DNA of 64,000 bases. Origin: Candidatus Scatovivens sp. GTDB lineage: Bacteria > Bacillota > Clostridia > TANB77 > CAG-508. The DNA lies in contig JAZRKN010000011.1 in NCBI GenBank assembly GCA_045646345.1, positions 94,801 to 158,800 of the forward strand, read 5' to 3'. A program made the translations under genes and the position numbers. Of the stretch, positions 59,977 to 64,000 are shown piece after piece; position 1 is the stretch's first letter, and each line of letters starts with the position of its first letter. The notes under the pieces were generated by a model. That model ran no database searches and was not told where the DNA came from. It saw only the letters and a list, made by a program, of their open reading frames with translations.

Positions 59977-60828
59977 TTATTTATTGTTTTTTATATAATC
60001 AGAGATTTCTTTAAAGTTTTCTAAACTTAATTGTTCTGCTCTTACTTTTAAATCAATATTTAGATTATTTAACATATTTTCTATAAATTCTTTTGAAACT
60101 AAGCCAGAGTTGGCTAGTGAATTCATAAGAGTTTTTCTTTTTTGCAGAAATGCAAATTTGATTACTTTAAAGAATAATTCTTCATCCAATACTTTTACTT
60201 TAGGTTCTTTTAAAACATCTAATTTTATTACTGCTGAATCAACATTTGGAGCTGGGATAAATGAATCTCTTGGAACATCAATTATTATTTCTGGATTAGT
60301 ATAATAATTAATACTATATGTTATTGCTCCAACTTCTTTTCCACCTGGTTTATCAGCTAATCTTTCTGCAACTTCTTTTTGAACCATAACAGTGATACTT
60401 TCTAAGTTTAACTTATCTTCTAATAATTTCATTATGATTGGTGTTGTGATGTAGTAGGGAAGATTAGCAACAACTTTTGCTGATTTTAAATTTGAATTTT
60501 CTTCTATTATTTTATTTAAATCTACTTTTAAAACATCGTCATGTATTAATTCAAAATTTTCATATAGAGAAAATCTATCTTTTAATATTGATACCATTTT
60601 TGGATCAAGCTCAATACAAATTACTTTTCCCGCATTTTCTAAAAGGGGAGAAGTAAGGTTTCCAAGTCCTGGTCCAATTTCTATTATTAAATCATCTTTA
60701 TTTACACCTGCTTTTTCTATAATTCCGTCTACAACATTTTGATCTATTAAGAAATTTTGACCATAACCTTTGTTTGCATGAGCATTATATTTATTTAAAA
60801 TATATTTGGTTTCTTGTTCTAAATTCAT
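59977..60828 (-). CDS. rsmA: 16S rRNA m6,2A dimethyltransferase RsmA/KsgA
   Basis: GQNFL, EIGPGLG, ANLPYYITTP, MVQKEVAER and PAPNVDS motifs. Confidence 0.96.
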   Translation of the reverse strand: MNLEQETKYILNKYNAHANKGYGQNFLIDQNVVDGIIEKAGVNKDDLIIEIGPGLGNLTSPLLENAGKVICIELDPKMVSILKDRFSLYENFELIHDDVLKVDLNKIIEENSNLKSAKVVANLPYYITTPIIMKLLEDKLNLESITVMVQKEVAERLADKPGGKEVGAITYSINYYTNPEIIIDVPRDSFIPAPNVDSAVIKLDVLKEPKVKVLDEELFFKVIKFAFLQKRKTLMNSLANSGLVSKEFIENMLNNLNIDLKVRAEQLSLENFKEISDYIKNNK

Positions 60829-60861
60829 TTTTTCTTTCCTTTAAATTAAAATCTATTAATA

Positions 60862-60890
60862 ATTGTACTACATTTTCCACAAAATATCAA
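60862..60890 (-). promoter_or_regulatory. SigA-like promoter of rsmA
   Basis: TTGATA-17 bp-TACAAT on the minus strand. Confidence 0.6.
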
Positions 60891-60920
60891 TAAATTGTGG
60901 ATTTTAAAGGGTAAAAAAAG

Positions 60921-60951
60921 AAAGATACATGCAAAAACATGTATCTTTTTT
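60921..60951 (-). terminator. Intrinsic terminator of the por operon
   Basis: AAAGATACATG / CATGTATCTTT inverted repeat. Confidence 0.75.
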
Positions 60952-60954
60952 ATA

Positions 60955-61911
60955 TTATTCAGCTTTGTTTGTCATTGCTTCTAAATCTAATAATTCTTGC
61001 CATCTTTCATCAACTTCTTTTTGGAATGCTTCAATCATCCATTCGTTACCTGGTTTAAACATGTGTTTAAATCTTTTTTGTGGTTTTAAGAATTCTTCGA
61101 TTGGAAGTTTGTTTGCTGGTTTATAAGTAATTTTATAAACTCCATCAACAACTTCATATAATGGCCAGTAGCATGTGTCTACTGCTAATTTATTGATTTG
61201 CATTAAATCTTCTGTATTATATCCCCATCCTCTAGGACATGGAGCTAATACGTTTAAGAAACAAGCACCTTCTGTATAAATTGCTTTTTCAGCCTTTTCA
61301 TAAAGGTCTTTGAAATTTCCAATAGCTGCTGTTTGAGCAACGTATGGTAAATGATGTCCAACCATGATTTTTGCTAAATCTTTACGAGATTGCATTTTTC
61401 CAGGAACAACTGCTCCTGCTGGAGTTGTTGTTGTATCAGCAAATTGTGGTGTTGCTGATGATCTTTGGATACCTGTATTCATGTATGCACCGTTATCGTA
61501 GCAAACATAAACCATATCATGACCTCTTTCCATAGCTCCTGATAAACTTTGAAGACCGATATCATATGTTCCACCGTCTCCACCGAAAGCTATGAATTTT
61601 GTATCTTTGTCAGCAGGTAATTTACCTTGACGTTTCATTGATTTGTAAGCTGCTTCAGCACCACTTAATGTAGCACCAGCACATTCAAATGCTGTATGGA
61701 TGAATGAATCAGTCCATGAAGTGTAAGGATAGATAAATGTTGAAACTTCCATACATCCTGTAGCACCAGCGATAACTGCGTGATCTTCTGGTTTTAAAGC
61801 TCTTAATATTGTTCTAGCAACAGATGGTGCACCACATCCAGCACACATTCTGTGACCAGCTGTAAATCTTGAAGGTTTATTAGCCATTACTTCTTTATGA
61901 TTATATGCCAT
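60955..61911 (-). CDS. porB: Pyruvate:ferredoxin oxidoreductase beta subunit
   Basis: GHRMCAGCG, TGC, GGDGG TPP motif, YMNTGIQRS and PCPRGW. Confidence 0.93.
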   Translation of the reverse strand: MAYNHKEVMANKPSRFTAGHRMCAGCGAPSVARTILRALKPEDHAVIAGATGCMEVSTFIYPYTSWTDSFIHTAFECAGATLSGAEAAYKSMKRQGKLPADKDTKFIAFGGDGGTYDIGLQSLSGAMERGHDMVYVCYDNGAYMNTGIQRSSATPQFADTTTTPAGAVVPGKMQSRKDLAKIMVGHHLPYVAQTAAIGNFKDLYEKAEKAIYTEGACFLNVLAPCPRGWGYNTEDLMQINKLAVDTCYWPLYEVVDGVYKITYKPANKLPIEEFLKPQKRFKHMFKPGNEWMIEAFQKEVDERWQELLDLEAMTNKAE

Positions 61912-61912
61912 A

Positions 61913-63100
61913 CTAAATTTCCCCCCTTAATCCTAAATATCTATATGGATTTCCAACATCACCAGATGCTGCAACTTCTTCTAGATCTTTATAAACTTTT
62001 TGAATATCTTTAACAGTAGTATCTCTACCACCAATACCATAAACATAGTTAACTGTTGGAACGTGAATTTTTTCAACATACATTCCTGAAACTACATCTT
62101 CGAATAATGCTCCACCAGCAGCGTTTAAAGAATCTGCTTTATCTAAAACAGCAACTGCTTTAGCTCCTTTTAAAGCTTCTGCAATTTCTTCTGCAGGGAA
62201 TGGTCTAAACATTCTAACTTTGATTAAACCAGCTTTAACTCCTTGAGCTCTTAATTCATCTATAGCAGCTTTTGCTGTTCCTGCTGTAGAGTTCATACAA
62301 ACTACAACTAATTCAGCATCATCCATTTTATATTTTTCGAAAAATTCATATTTACGTCCTGTTAATTTTTCAAAATCTGCAGATACTTCAGATATAACTT
62401 TTTTAGCGTTTCTCATAGCAACTGCTTGTTGAGCTTTATGTTCAAATAGATATGCTTGTAAATCTAATGGACCAACTGCGATTGGTTCTTGATGATTTAA
62501 TAAATAATGTTCTGGATTATATTTTCCAACAAATTCTTTTACTTTATCATCTTCTAATAATTCAATGTTTTCAATTGAGTGTGATGTGATGAATCCATCT
62601 TGACATACCATTAAAGGTAATAATACGTCTTTGTGTTCTGCAATTCTGTGAGCCATTAATAAATTGTCGTAAGCTTCTTGGTTATTTTCTGAGAATAACA
62701 TTATCCAACCGCTATCACGAGCTCCCATTGCATCTGAATGATCGTTATGAATATTTAAAGGTCCTGAAACCGCTCTATTTACTAAAGACATAACTATTGG
62801 TAATCTTAAACTTGAAGCAATGTAAACCATTTCCCACATTAAAGATAAACCATTTGCTGATGTAGCTGTCATTGCTCTACCACCAGCTGCTTGTGCACCT
62901 ATACAAGCACTCATTGCACTATGTTCACTTTCAACAGCAACAAATTCTGTATCTACTTGACCATTGCTAACAAAGCTAGAAAAGTATTGAGGTATTTCTG
63001 TTGAAGGTGTAATAGGGAATGCTGCAACAACATCTGGGTTTATTTGTTTCATAGCGATAGCTGCTGCTTCATTACCACTTAATCTTTCTCTAATTCCCAT
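61913..63100 (-). CDS. porA: Pyruvate:ferredoxin oxidoreductase alpha subunit
   Basis: SGNEA, FPITPST, ESEHSA, DGFITSH and FRPFP motifs. Confidence 0.93.
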   Translation of the reverse strand: MGIRERLSGNEAAAIAMKQINPDVVAAFPITPSTEIPQYFSSFVSNGQVDTEFVAVESEHSAMSACIGAQAAGGRAMTATSANGLSLMWEMVYIASSLRLPIVMSLVNRAVSGPLNIHNDHSDAMGARDSGWIMLFSENNQEAYDNLLMAHRIAEHKDVLLPLMVCQDGFITSHSIENIELLEDDKVKEFVGKYNPEHYLLNHQEPIAVGPLDLQAYLFEHKAQQAVAMRNAKKVISEVSADFEKLTGRKYEFFEKYKMDDAELVVVCMNSTAGTAKAAIDELRAQGVKAGLIKVRMFRPFPAEEIAEALKGAKAVAVLDKADSLNAAGGALFEDVVSGMYVEKIHVPTVNYVYGIGGRDTTVKDIQKVYKDLEEVAASGDVGNPYRYLGLRGEI

Positions 63101-63121
63101 AATAATTTTCCTTTCTATTTC

Positions 63122-63412
63122 TTATTTCATTTCGATAGCTTTGAATGGGCATACTTTTGCGCAAACGCCACATCCTTTACAAGCATCATAATCAAAATCT
63201 TTTCTTGTTCCATCTGGATTTACTGGAATAGCATCATCTGGACAAACAGGGTAGCAAAGACCACAGTGTTTGCAAAGTTCTGATTTGAAAACAGGAGTAG
63301 TTGAACGCCAATCTCCAGTTTTGAATTCTTTAGCATTTCCAGCTGTATAAATATTTCCACCTATAGTTAAATCTTGCCAAGGTGTTTTATTATTTAATGT
63401 ATCTTCTGTCAT
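63122..63412 (-). CDS. porD: Pyruvate:ferredoxin oxidoreductase delta subunit (2x4Fe-4S)
   Basis: TGDWR and two CxxCxxCxxxCP motifs. Confidence 0.93.
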   Translation of the reverse strand: MTEDTLNNKTPWQDLTIGGNIYTAGNAKEFKTGDWRSTTPVFKSELCKHCGLCYPVCPDDAIPVNPDGTRKDFDYDACKGCGVCAKVCPFKAIEMK

Positions 63413-63424
63413 AATTACTCCTTT

Positions 63425-64000
63425 CTAAACTTTAGTTACTTCTTGTAAAGCCATCTCTAAAGCTTTCATGTTTCCGTCTATTACTTCTGGTTTTTTTGCA
63501 AATTTATGTTTAAAAGATCCTATCATATCTTCTAGGAATGCTTCATCTGACATTATTCCGCTAACTTTAACAACTGCTGCAAGCATTGGTGTATTTGGGA
63601 AATATTTTCCTAAAGTTTCCATAGAAACTTTTCTAGCGTCTATTTTATAGACATTTCCTTCATATCCTTTTAAAGTTGCTCTTAATTCTTCTCCTGATTT
63701 TGTAGAATTAATTATAATTGCTCCTTCTTTTTTTAGACCTGCTGTAACATCTACGCATTCTAAAAGTGTATCATCTACAACTACAACATAATCTGGTTCA
63801 TAAATATTTGAATGAACAGTAATTGGTTCATCGCTTATTCTGTTATAAGCTGTGATTGGAGCACCCATTCTTTCTGGACCATATTCAGGGAAAGCTTGAA
63901 TATATTTACCAGTGTTGAATGCTGCACCGGCTAGAAGTAAAGAAGCTGTATTAGCACCTTGCCCGCCTCTACCGTGCCATCTGATTTCAATTAAATTACT
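63425..64000 (-). CDS. porC: Pyruvate:ferredoxin oxidoreductase gamma subunit, start just beyond the window edge
   Basis: The frame is open to 64000: SNLIEIRWHGRGGQGA...QAFPEYGPERMGAP...NTPMLAA. Confidence 0.93.
   Translation of the reverse strand, partial: SNLIEIRWHGRGGQGANTASLLLAGAAFNTGKYIQAFPEYGPERMGAPITAYNRISDEPITVHSNIYEPDYVVVVDDTLLECVDVTAGLKKEGAIIINSTKSGEELRATLKGYEGNVYKIDARKVSMETLGKYFPNTPMLAAVVKVSGIMSDEAFLEDMIGSFKHKFAKKPEVIDGNMKALEMALQEVTKV

Noticed and set aside
3061-63650. Many 60-200 aa ORFs antisense to or nested in larger genes (e.g. 3061-3405, 18899-19498, 26027-26431, 54959-55345)
   Set aside because: These are shadow ORFs of well-supported genes, with no recognisable motifs.
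63425-63868. porC apparently N-terminally truncated or frameshifted
   Set aside because: The frame continues uninterrupted to the window edge; the start lies just outside.
1-64000. AGG as a second frameshift-inducing codon
   Set aside because: In-frame AGG occurs within intact genes (e.g. integrase, mreC, spoIIE, dnaJ-like) with no frame break.
1-64000. CRISPR array, rRNA, IS elements
   Set aside because: No regularly spaced repeats, rRNA-like sequence or transposase ORFs were seen.

Overview
AT-rich chromosomal window from a spore-forming, anaerobic Clostridia-type Firmicute (spoIIE, ypeB, coat-like proteins, Spo0E-like protein, four-subunit pyruvate:ferredoxin oxidoreductase). It opens with the end of an integrative element (tyrosine integrase next to tRNA-Lys(CTT)). 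It then carries a reduced mreC-mreD-pbp2-minC cluster, two giant surface proteins (about 1700 and 2890 aa), a hydrolase-murF-ddl cluster, an orphan VirD4-like coupling protein, prfA, tRNA-Cys and tRNA-Gly, and housekeeping genes ending in porCDAB. The main finding is an apparent codon-specific recoding system. The only two broken genes I found (VirD4-like and a ZIP transporter) both break at an in-frame CGG codon. In both, skipping exactly the C (CGG-N read as GGN, Gly) restores a conserved glycine and the full-length protein. A manual scan found no in-frame CGG in any intact gene. This suggests +1 frameshifting or quadruplet decoding at an unassigned CGG codon. All calls come from reading the sequence by eye; no database searches were run.
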